From NCBI GenBank assembly GCA_028275885.1, contig JAPWTW010000001.1, positions 53,745-85,744 on the forward strand: a DNA stretch of 32,000 nt, given 5' to 3'. The DNA is from Candidatus Nanopusillus sp. GTDB lineage: Archaea; Nanobdellota; Nanobdellia; Nanobdellales; Nanobdellaceae. The notes beneath the pieces were generated by a model. It did not search any database. It was not told where the DNA came from and was given only the letters and a program-made list of their open reading frames with translations. This document shows, piece after piece, positions 16,933 through 24,809 of the stretch. The position numbers and the translations under genes are program-made. How positions within the stretch are numbered: the stretch's first letter is position 1; each line of letters begins with the position of its first letter.

Positions 16933-17552
16933 TTTATTATTTTTATTATCTCATCTTTATATTCTAATGCTATTATAACGCCAATCATTATTCCGAAAGA
17001 TATTGCTGCAGATAATAATAAATAATATAGGGCTTGAACTAATACTGTTGAATTTAATCCTAAATATGATAATGCAATAATTAGGAATAAATATAATATA
17101 GTTCCTCTTACAATTTTTGCAACATTATTCTTTATATTAAATAAATATGCAATAATATCTCCAATAACCATACCAGCAAATAATATTATTACTGCAGTAT
17201 AGAATAAGTTCAAGATATAAAATAGAAAATAATAGGAAGGAAAATCTACAACAATTCCTAATATTAGGAAATATAATAATATATAATACTTTACTAAGCT
17301 TAAAATTAAATTTGATATATTTATTCCATAAAATAATTCAGGATTTTTCTTTTGAATTTCATTTAATTTTATATAATTGAATATAATTCTTAATATGAAT
17401 ACAATAACTTTTGCTATCATATATCCTATTGTAATAAATATTATAAAAATTATAAAGTATGTTACATAATCTGGGATTTTTGATAAAAATTTCAAAGTAG
17501 GTTCTCCTATTAATTGGTAAATTTTTAATAATAGTTGACTTATGAAATCCAT
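16929..17552 (-). CDS. Hypothetical polytopic membrane protein
   Basis: 207 aa with ~6 hydrophobic helices, first gene of a minus-strand overlapping gene string. I recognise no motif. Confidence 0.4.
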   Translation of the reverse strand: MDFISQLLLKIYQLIGEPTLKFLSKIPDYVTYFIIFIIFITIGYMIAKVIVFILRIIFNYIKLNEIQKKNPELFYGINISNLILSLVKYYILLYFLILGIVVDFPSYYFLFYILNLFYTAVIILFAGMVIGDIIAYLFNIKNNVAKIVRGTILYLFLIIALSYLGLNSTVLVQALYYLLLSAAISFGIMIGVIIALEYKDEIIKIIK

Positions 17553-17572
17553 TAAATTTAATTTAAAAAAAC

Positions 17573-17582
17573 TTTTATAAAA
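17573..17582 (+). promoter_or_regulatory. TATA box for tRNA-Ile
   Basis: TTTTATAAAA preceded by an A-run (BRE-like), centred ~26 nt upstream of the mature tRNA 5' end at 17603. Confidence 0.4.
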
Positions 17583-17602
17583 GATAAATAATCATAATTT
17601 TA

Positions 17603-17675
17603 GGGCCCGTGGCTCAGGGGCTAGAGCGTCCGGCTGATAACCGGGAGGTCGGGGGTTCGAATCCCCCCGGGCCCA
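17603..17675 (+). tRNA. tRNA-Ile (anticodon GAU), no encoded CCA
   Basis: Manual fold: acceptor GGGCCCG/CGGGCCC, D arm GCTC-AGGGGCTA-GAGC, anticodon stem TCCGG/CCGGG with loop CT-GAT-AA, T arm GGGGG-TTCGAAT-CCCCC, discriminator A. 53 of 73 nt are G or C. Confidence 0.92.
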
Positions 17676-17751
17676 TACTAAATTTAATGTTTTTATGTTA
17701 TTTTAATCTATATTAAGCATTGTTCATTTATAAATATAAGATATACTTATT

Positions 17752-19419
17752 TTATATTTCTTCTTTCTTTTGTTTTTCATATAATTCCTTTATCTCTTGT
17801 ATTGTACTTATATCTTTTTCAATTTTATCCCATCTTATTCTATTAACTCTTGCAAATCTTAATGCAAAACCCGATTTATATTTTGGACTTTTTTGTATTT
17901 CATCATATATAACTTCTACAACAATCTTTGGTTTAAACCATACAATTCTTCCTTCTTCTCTTATTTTATATTTTAATAATTCCTTTGTTAATTGAATATA
18001 TTCATTGTCAGATAATCCTTTAAATGTCTTTGTTACCATTAAATATTCTCCAGTCTCTTTATCTAATGCAGCTAAATATAAATCTGAAATAAAATTTTTT
18101 CTTCTTCCATGTCCCCATTCTCCTCCAATTATTACTAAATCTAATGGTTCTAAATGTCCTTTTACTTTTAACCATGATTTATCCCTTTTTCCAGGGATAT
18201 ATTTTGAATCTAACTTCTTTGCAACAAGACCCTCATTTTTCATATTAATAGATTCTTGGAAAAATTTCTTTGCATCATCTTCTTTATTTGTAATTATCAT
18301 TGGAGTTAAATCAATATTTCCTCTAATTTCTTCTAATATTTTTCTTCTATTTATATATTCTTCATTTATTAATAATCTTCCATCTAAATAAATTATATCA
18401 AATAGAAATAATTTAACAGGTATTTCTTTTATATATTTTGAAATTTCATATTCTCTTTTTATTCTTTTTGAAATCTCCTGAAATGGTAATGGTAAATTTT
18501 TATTATAATTCCATGCAACAATTTCTCCTTCAACAACTATTTCATTATTCTTTATATTATTTAATATTAATTCTACAACATCTGGAAAAGATTTTGTTAC
18601 ATCCTTTAATCTCCTAGTAAATATTTTTACTTCATTTCCTTTCTTATGTATTTGTGCTCTTATTCCATCAAATTTAAATTCAAATGCTGCAGGAGAAAAG
18701 TTATTAAATACATCTTGAAAATTATTTGCCTTTTCTGCAAGCATTGGTTTAAATGGGTGAAATAATCTGATATTAATGTCTTCAATATTTTTTGGATTAT
18801 CAAATAAGTATTCTGCTAAAACACCAATATCTCCAATTATTGCATGTGCAATTTTAATTTTTTCATCATCAATACCATATATATAAGATAAACAATCTTC
18901 AATTGTTCCTTCTAATACACCATATCTCATATCTCCTTGTAAAATTCTTGTTAATAATTTTGCTTCTAAAGGAGATAAGTTTTTATATATCCCTTCTAAA
19001 TGTAGTATTCTTTTTTCTCTAGATCCTTCTCCTTCCAAATTTTCAATTTTCTTTAATTCATTATATATATCAATTATCGTATATTTTTTAGCAAACCATT
19101 TATTTAATTTTATATTTCCCTTTTCATAAATAATTTTAACAGCTTCTCCTAAATCTCCAGATTTTTTATATAATAAACTTAATTCCTTAATATTTACTCC
19201 CAAATTTTTTAGTACCCTTATAATTGTACTTATAGATACATTTAATTTTCTTTCGACCCATTCTTCTTCAGTATTTCCCAAAATTAACCAAATAGTTACT
19301 TTTAATTCATTTTTATCTAAAGACTTTATAAATCTAGATAAAACATCAATTTTCAAAGATTTTTCATTAATTTTTTCAACTCTCTCTAATACTTCTGCTA
19401 ATTCTGAGAAATATTTCAT
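17752..19419 (-). CDS. lig: ATP-dependent DNA ligase
   Basis: Adenylation motif I EFKFDGIRAQ (KxDG), motif III LFLFDIIYLDG, motif IV EGLVAK, motif V WLKVK, and the C-terminal OB domain LRFARV. The track start at 19455 is TTG, so I use ATG at 19419 (MKYFSELAEVL). Confidence 0.9.
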   Translation of the reverse strand: MKYFSELAEVLERVEKINEKSLKIDVLSRFIKSLDKNELKVTIWLILGNTEEEWVERKLNVSISTIIRVLKNLGVNIKELSLLYKKSGDLGEAVKIIYEKGNIKLNKWFAKKYTIIDIYNELKKIENLEGEGSREKRILHLEGIYKNLSPLEAKLLTRILQGDMRYGVLEGTIEDCLSYIYGIDDEKIKIAHAIIGDIGVLAEYLFDNPKNIEDINIRLFHPFKPMLAEKANNFQDVFNNFSPAAFEFKFDGIRAQIHKKGNEVKIFTRRLKDVTKSFPDVVELILNNIKNNEIVVEGEIVAWNYNKNLPLPFQEISKRIKREYEISKYIKEIPVKLFLFDIIYLDGRLLINEEYINRRKILEEIRGNIDLTPMIITNKEDDAKKFFQESINMKNEGLVAKKLDSKYIPGKRDKSWLKVKGHLEPLDLVIIGGEWGHGRRKNFISDLYLAALDKETGEYLMVTKTFKGLSDNEYIQLTKELLKYKIREEGRIVWFKPKIVVEVIYDEIQKSPKYKSGFALRFARVNRIRWDKIEKDISTIQEIKELYEKQKKEEI

Positions 19420-19457
19420 ATATTTAATATAAAAATGTTTAATCTTATATATCAAAT
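19420..19457. promoter_or_regulatory. 38-bp divergent spacer carrying two opposed TATA-like elements (lig / helicase)
   Basis: TTTAATATAAAAA (19423..19435) is centred ~29 nt upstream of the helicase ATG at 19458. ATATATAAG on the minus strand (19444..19452) is centred ~28 nt upstream of the lig ATG at 19419. There is no room for 5' leaders. Confidence 0.4.
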
Positions 19458-22058
19458 ATGAATATTGATGATTTAAAAAATATTTTTGAAAAAGAGTTTG
19501 AAGATTATATAGTTGGAATAAAATTAATTAATAATAAAAATGCAGAATTTGACAATTTTGAATTTTATAATAAAGAATTAAATGAATATTTAAATTATAG
19601 AAACTTTAAGTTATATAAACATCAAGTTAAAGCATTAAATTTATTATATAAAAATAAAAATCTAATTGTAACAACACCAACAGCTTCAGGAAAATCTCAT
19701 ATATTTAGATTATATATTATTGATAATATATTAAAATATCCAAATAAAACATTTTTATTAATTTATCCATTAAGAGCATTATTATATGATCAATATGAAA
19801 AATTTGAAGAATTAATAAAAGATTTTGAAAATTATACAAATAAAAAATTAAATATTAAGATGAAATTTATTTTGGGAGATTTAACATATAGTGAAAAGGA
19901 AAAAATAATAAGAGAAAGACCAAACTTAATATTAACTACAATTGATAATTTACATCTATATATATTAAAAAATCATGATAAATTATTTTATTTCTTTAGG
20001 AATTTAGATTTGATTGTTGTAGATGAATTACATTCATATAGGGGAGTATTTGGAACAAATGCTGCATACACATTTAGAAGATTAATTAGATTGTTGAAAT
20101 ATTTTTATAAAAATAATAATTTTAAAATATTAGCATTATCTGCAACATTAAGAAATCCTATAGAATTTGCAAAAAATATGTTTGATCTAGATTTTGAATT
20201 AATTGATAAAGATTATAGTAATAGATATAAAAAGTATATAATTTGTTTAGATCCAAAAAGTTCAAGTTCAAGATTATTATTAAAAAGGTCAATAAGGATT
20301 TTATTAGAAAATAATATAAAGTCTTTAATATTTATTGAATCAAAGAAAGGTGTAGAATTATTAAGGTTAGAATCTCAAGATTTAGATAAATATAATAAGA
20401 TTTTTACATATAAAGCAAGTTATTTAAGGGAAAAAAGAAAAGAAATTGAGCAAAAATTTAAATCTGGAGAATATTTAATATTATTAACTACATCTGCATT
20501 AGAACTAGGAATAGATATTGGTGAAATAAGATCTGTAGTAAATTATGGAATACCTAGAGATGGTATTTCTTCAATAATTCAAAGATTTGGAAGATCTGGA
20601 AGAATTTCTGATTCAATAGATATAATGATATTTAAAAAAGATGCATTGGATTTTTATTATTCAACAAATATAAATGAATTTTTAGATAGAATTGAAAAAA
20701 ATAAGTTAGATAATATTCCTTTAAATTTAGATAATGAAAAAGTCGTTAAGAGACATTTAAAATATTTAATAAATGAATTTGGAAGAATTGATAAAAATAT
20801 ATTAAATGATTTAGAGAAAAAATATTTGGGAGAATTAGAAAAGGGAAATATTGTATTAAAAATAAAAGATCCATTATTTGGAAAAGAATATTATAAATTA
20901 AATACGCAAGTAATATATTCTGGATTAAGAAATATTTCAGATAAAGTATATTATATTGTAGATGTAACAAAGGAAGAGGAGGAAATGATAAAAAGGATAA
21001 AGAAAAAGGAAGGATTAATAAGGATAATAAATATGCTAAAGGGCAAAGGAAAAATTTTAGAAGAAATGGATGAACACGCATTTTATGATTATTTATTACC
21101 TGGAATGGTATATTATTCTTCAGGAAAATCAATCAGGATAACAGATTATTATAATATAGATAATGTTACATTTGTATTCTTTAGACCGGAATTTTCAAAT
21201 ATAGAGACAAGTCCAATATATTATGAAGATGTAAAAATAATTAATGCAATAGATAAAAAAGTAATAAATGATTGGGAAATATATTTAGGAGAAATAAAAG
21301 TAAAAAAAGAATTTGTAGGATATATTGAAAAATATAAAATGGGGGAAAATTATATACAAAACATAAATTATTATGAAAAAAGCATAAATTATGAATTTAA
21401 TACAAAAGCAATATGGATTATAATACCAGAAAGATATCAGAAAGAATTGGAAAATATTTATTATAATTTCTTTTTAGATAAACTAAAAAAATATATTAAA
21501 AAGAAAAAATATAATATAAACATAGATGAAATATTGAATTTTTCTTCTACTATAAGTAAAGATTTCTTTTACGAAAAATATAGGGGATTGGCAAGTAAAA
21601 AAATAAGGGAAATAATTGGAGAATTTTTAGAAAGAAATTATGGAATAAAAGATAATATATTAGTATTCTTAGTTAAGAAAATTATTGATTATGAATCTTC
21701 ATTTAGATCAGGATTGCATGCAATAGAACATAATATAATAAAAATATCTCCAGTTGTAACATTTGTAGATTCACAAGAACTTGGTGGATATTCTTATACA
21801 ATTCATCCACAAACAAATAAGCCAACAATATTTATATATGAAGGATATGAATCTGGAGTTGGTTTAGCAGAAATATTATATAATAATATAGAAAAATTAA
21901 TTAAGAAATCTATAATATCTTTAAATAAATGTAAATGTCTTGATGGATGTCCAAGATGTATATATTCTCCAAAATGTGGTAATTATAATGAATATTTAGA
22001 TAAATATTCTGGGAGATTTATATATAAAATATTTTTAAATACTAAAAGATCTAATTGA
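19458..22058 (+). CDS. DExH-box helicase with C-terminal DUF1998/MZB zinc domain (YprA/MrfA/Hrq1-like)
   Basis: Motif I TTPTASGKS, motif II VVDELHSYRG, motif III SATL, motif V TSALELGIDIG, motif VI QRFGRSGR. The C-terminal GLHAIEHNII..FIYEGYESGVGLAE..CKCLDGCPRCIYSPKCGNYNEYLDK is the four-Cys DUF1998 signature. Confidence 0.85.
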   Translation: MNIDDLKNIFEKEFEDYIVGIKLINNKNAEFDNFEFYNKELNEYLNYRNFKLYKHQVKALNLLYKNKNLIVTTPTASGKSHIFRLYIIDNILKYPNKTFLLIYPLRALLYDQYEKFEELIKDFENYTNKKLNIKMKFILGDLTYSEKEKIIRERPNLILTTIDNLHLYILKNHDKLFYFFRNLDLIVVDELHSYRGVFGTNAAYTFRRLIRLLKYFYKNNNFKILALSATLRNPIEFAKNMFDLDFELIDKDYSNRYKKYIICLDPKSSSSRLLLKRSIRILLENNIKSLIFIESKKGVELLRLESQDLDKYNKIFTYKASYLREKRKEIEQKFKSGEYLILLTTSALELGIDIGEIRSVVNYGIPRDGISSIIQRFGRSGRISDSIDIMIFKKDALDFYYSTNINEFLDRIEKNKLDNIPLNLDNEKVVKRHLKYLINEFGRIDKNILNDLEKKYLGELEKGNIVLKIKDPLFGKEYYKLNTQVIYSGLRNISDKVYYIVDVTKEEEEMIKRIKKKEGLIRIINMLKGKGKILEEMDEHAFYDYLLPGMVYYSSGKSIRITDYYNIDNVTFVFFRPEFSNIETSPIYYEDVKIINAIDKKVINDWEIYLGEIKVKKEFVGYIEKYKMGENYIQNINYYEKSINYEFNTKAIWIIIPERYQKELENIYYNFFLDKLKKYIKKKKYNINIDEILNFSSTISKDFFYEKYRGLASKKIREIIGEFLERNYGIKDNILVFLVKKIIDYESSFRSGLHAIEHNIIKISPVVTFVDSQELGGYSYTIHPQTNKPTIFIYEGYESGVGLAEILYNNIEKLIKKSIISLNKCKCLDGCPRCIYSPKCGNYNEYLDKYSGRFIYKIFLNTKRSN

Positions 22059-22062
22059 TTTT

Positions 22063-22275
22063 ATGAAATGTCAAACTATGACACGTGGTAGTGCATTTAT
22101 AATTGGATTGATATTAGCAGTAATATTATTGGTTGGATATTCATATTTTAGATATGGTAATTTTATTCAGGGATTTTATGATTTTGTATCACTATTTCAA
22201 CAATACTCTATACAAGCAGGTATAATATTTATTATAGGACTCGTGCTTGGATATCTTGAGGGTAAGGCATACTAA
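22063..22275 (+). CDS. Hypothetical 70-aa two-TM membrane protein
   Basis: It starts 4 nt after the helicase stop and has two clear hydrophobic helices (AFIIGLILAVILLVGY; GIIFIIGLVLGYL). Confidence 0.4.
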   Translation: MKCQTMTRGSAFIIGLILAVILLVGYSYFRYGNFIQGFYDFVSLFQQYSIQAGIIFIIGLVLGYLEGKAY

Positions 22276-22308
22276 TATATATTTAAAATTTTTTTGAAAT
22301 TATAATGA

Positions 22309-23064
22309 ATGAAGGTAGTCTTCCCGCAAGCTAAGGAGATTAAAAATATATTGCCTGCAATAGTAAGTTTTTTATCAGAAGGAACATTTAAAGCAAATAA
22401 GGATGGTATATTTTTATCATCATTGGATCCAGCAAATATAGCAATAATATTATTAGATATGTATCCAAATATGTTCATAGAATATGATGTACAGGATGAA
22501 GAGAAATTTACAATAAATTTAGAAGATTTAAAGAAAATAATGACAAAAGTAGCTTTAAAGAGTCAAATATCATGGGAAATAGATAAAGAAAAAAATAAGT
22601 TTGTGTTAAGTGTATATGGAAAAGCTAAAAAGACATTTACATTACCATTAATAGAATCTGAAGGATCATTTATGGATTTATCAAATACAGAATTACCTGA
22701 ATTACCTATAAAAGTTGAGATGGATTCGAAGGCATTTTATGATATAATAGAGTCTGCAAAAGTAATTGCAGATGAAATAAAAATTGTTGCAGATCCTGAA
22801 GGGCCAAAGGTATCTTTTATTGCTGAAGGTGAATTAAAAGACATGAGAATTGATTTAACTCCTCAAGATGAAAGTGTATTATCTATGGAAGTTCCATCAA
22901 AAGCAGTAGCAAGATATTCTGTAGATTATTTATATAAATTATCTAAAGTAGCAAGAATATCTGATACATTAACATTTAAATTAGATTCTGGAAAGCCAAT
23001 ATGGATTGATTATAAGTCAACTGATAAATTTAAATTTGGATTTGTATTAGCTCCAAGAGAATAA
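22309..23064 (+). CDS. pcn: DNA polymerase sliding clamp PCNA
   Basis: Length 251 aa, N-terminal FPQAKEIKNILPAIVSFLSEGTFKANKDGIFLSSLDPANIAIILLDM, and C-terminal KFGFVLAPRE (family-typical LAPR ending). Confidence 0.9.
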   Translation: MKVVFPQAKEIKNILPAIVSFLSEGTFKANKDGIFLSSLDPANIAIILLDMYPNMFIEYDVQDEEKFTINLEDLKKIMTKVALKSQISWEIDKEKNKFVLSVYGKAKKTFTLPLIESEGSFMDLSNTELPELPIKVEMDSKAFYDIIESAKVIADEIKIVADPEGPKVSFIAEGELKDMRIDLTPQDESVLSMEVPSKAVARYSVDYLYKLSKVARISDTLTFKLDSGKPIWIDYKSTDKFKFGFVLAPRE

Positions 23065-23078
23065 TTTATTTTTTAAAT

Positions 23079-23121
23079 ATTTACCCCAATTTTAAATTTG
23101 TTGGGTAAATGTTATCTTTTT
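23079..23121 (+). terminator. Imperfect hairpin plus T-run after pcn
   Basis: ATTTACCC(C)AA (23079..23089) pairs with TTGGGTAAAT (23101..23110), and a T5 run follows at 23117..23121. Archaeal termination mainly needs the oligo-T, so the role of the hairpin is uncertain. Confidence 0.3.
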
Positions 23122-23261
23122 AATATATACCTATGGGATACGTAATGTTATATAATAAAAATGTGTGCGATTAAAAATCTCAAAGTATTTTTAAGATAAG
23201 ATCTTGTTCTCATCAGCTAAAATATGAAAAATTTATAAGGAAGTTCAATAATATATATTTT

Positions 23262-23504
23262 ATGGCAAGAGGAGAGAGGGGAATTCCAATGGCTGTGGTC
23301 GAAAGGATCTTAAAGCAAAAGGGTGAACAGGCAGGAGTAACAAGAGTATCGGATAAAGCAATTAGATATCTAAAACAAGAATTGGAAGACATAGCATTAG
23401 AAATTGCAAAAGGAGCAGTTTCATTGGCAAATCATGGAAAAAGAACAACTGTAAAGAGAGAAGACATACAATTGGCAACAAAGCAAATATTCAAGAAGAT
23501 GTAA
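23262..23504 (+). CDS. Archaeal histone (HMf family) with extended loop L1
   Basis: IPMAVVERILKQKGEQAGVTRVSDKAIRYLKQELEDIALEIAKGAVSLANHGKRTTVKREDIQLATKQ aligns with the HMfB histone fold (RVSDDA.., HAGRKT.., EDIELA). Its G+C is higher than the surrounding sequence. Confidence 0.9.
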   Translation: MARGERGIPMAVVERILKQKGEQAGVTRVSDKAIRYLKQELEDIALEIAKGAVSLANHGKRTTVKREDIQLATKQIFKKM

Positions 23505-23570
23505 AAGCTCTATAATAATTTTGTTTTTCTTTATTCTATATTTTTAAATATAACTTTGTTATAGTATTTT

Positions 23571-24182
23571 ATGGATGCAATGAGCTTGGCTTCCCTAGAA
23601 GATGAAATATACCTGAGAGGATTAACAGGATATGTTATAACAAAGAGAATATTCGATGGATATAAAAATATAGCAATAATAGCATACCCAGATAGAATAT
23701 GTTCTTCTTTAGCATCTTCTTTAATATCTTCACTATTATCAAAAGATGGATATAAAGATAAAGTAGCAAAAATATATTTATACAATGAAAATAAATTGAA
23801 TGATATTGCAAAGGATATTGTAAAAAATAATTTTGATGCTGTATTTATTGTATATGGTGGTGAACAAAAGATATCTTATGTATCTGAAATAACAAAGAAA
23901 ACAATATTGGCATTAAAAAATTTTGGATATAGAAATTCATTATTAATCCATATAAGAATTTGGATTGCAACAAAACAATTATCAGAAATATTGAATGATG
24001 AAATAAGAGAATATCTAAAATCCTTAAAGGAAATAAGAACCTTTACAGCAGATTTACAAAACAAATTATTTCTATTCCATAAAGTAAAGATAGATAATGA
24101 AGTAAAGTTAGAAAAATATGCGGAAGAAAAACTTATAGATGAGCATGTAGAATTATTAAAGAGATCTGTTCCTCCTAAATAA
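23571..24182 (+). CDS. Hypothetical 203-aa protein (alpha/beta N-part, helical C-part)
   Basis: The ORF has a TATA-like TTTTTAAATATA ~25 nt upstream of its ATG and ordinary coding composition. I recognise no firm family; see findings. Confidence 0.5.
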   Translation: MDAMSLASLEDEIYLRGLTGYVITKRIFDGYKNIAIIAYPDRICSSLASSLISSLLSKDGYKDKVAKIYLYNENKLNDIAKDIVKNNFDAVFIVYGGEQKISYVSEITKKTILALKNFGYRNSLLIHIRIWIATKQLSEILNDEIREYLKSLKEIRTFTADLQNKLFLFHKVKIDNEVKLEKYAEEKLIDEHVELLKRSVPPK

Positions 24183-24809
24183 TTTTTTATAATATTCACA
24201 ATATTTATTTATTCTACATATATTACATTTTGGATTAATTGGTTTGCATATATTTCTTCCAAATAAAACAAATAAAAAATTAATCTTATTATAATATTCT
24301 TCAGGTATAACTTTATATAATTCTATTTCAGTTTTTTCAGGATTTTTTGTATTTACAAGTCCAATTCTATTTGATATTCTATGAACATGAGTATCTACTG
24401 CAATATAATTTTTATTGCATACAATTATTAAATATACATTTGCAATCTTTCTTCCAACTCCAGGTAGAGATCTAATATATTCTTCATCACAATATTTATT
24501 ATAATCCCACTTTTCAGCAATTTCTTTAATCCATTTTGCTTTATTATTATATAATCCAATATCCCTTATTGTATTCTTTATATCTTCTAAAGATGCATTT
24601 CTAATATCTTCTAGTCTATTATATTTATTGAATAATCTTTCAGAAACTTCCAATGTTTTTTCTTCTCTTACTCTTATGGATAATAGTATTGTTATTAATA
24701 CCTTAAATGGATCTTTATATTTTTCCCAAATATACGGAGATGCGAGTTTTTCATTTATATTATTTTCTCTTAAAGTTTCTTCAATTCCCTTAATTATTTC
24801 TTTTATCAT
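24156..24809 (-). CDS. nth: Endonuclease III (HhH-GPD DNA glycosylase/AP lyase with 4Fe-4S cluster)
   Basis: HhH LPGVGRKIANVYL, catalytic region VDTHVHRISNRIG, and C-terminal cluster CKPINPKCNICRINKYC (C-x6-C-x2-C-x5-C). Confidence 0.9.
   Translation of the reverse strand: MIKEIIKGIEETLRENNINEKLASPYIWEKYKDPFKVLITILLSIRVREEKTLEVSERLFNKYNRLEDIRNASLEDIKNTIRDIGLYNNKAKWIKEIAEKWDYNKYCDEEYIRSLPGVGRKIANVYLIIVCNKNYIAVDTHVHRISNRIGLVNTKNPEKTEIELYKVIPEEYYNKINFLFVLFGRNICKPINPKCNICRINKYCEYYKKLFRRNRSL

Noticed and set aside
17720-18391. Plus-strand ORFs 17720..17995 and 18005..18391
   Set aside because: Both are antisense within the DNA ligase gene, which has all of the ligase motifs.
19420-19455. TTG-initiated N-terminal extensions proposed by the ORF track (lig 19455, lysS 10917, Sm 31509, SufBD-like 29231, rad50 fragment 70)
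   Set aside because: Each extension adds non-conserved residues and invades the neighbouring promoter or gene. An in-frame ATG sits at the point where homology begins, so the ATG starts were preferred.
20746-21132. Minus-strand 128-aa ORF
   Set aside because: It is antisense within the DUF1998 helicase.
22272-22478. Minus-strand 68-aa ORF
   Set aside because: It is antisense to the conserved N-terminus of PCNA.
23150-23220. Possible C/D-box sRNA upstream of the histone (minus-strand CTGATGAG at 23209..23216)
   Set aside because: A C-box-like UGAUGA is present, but I find no CUGA D or D' boxes at the required 12-nt guide spacing and no terminal stem.
23531-23785. Minus-strand 84-aa ORF overlapping the start of the 203-aa orphan
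   Set aside because: It is shorter than the plus-strand ORF, has no promoter-like element at the right spacing, and has an odd composition. The plus ORF has a TATA-like box ~25 nt upstream. Neither has homology support, so this choice is only moderately secure.
23876-24199. Minus-strand 107-aa ORF
   Set aside because: It is nested antisense in the 203-aa ORF and would run into nth. It shows an antisense-type S/F/N-rich composition.
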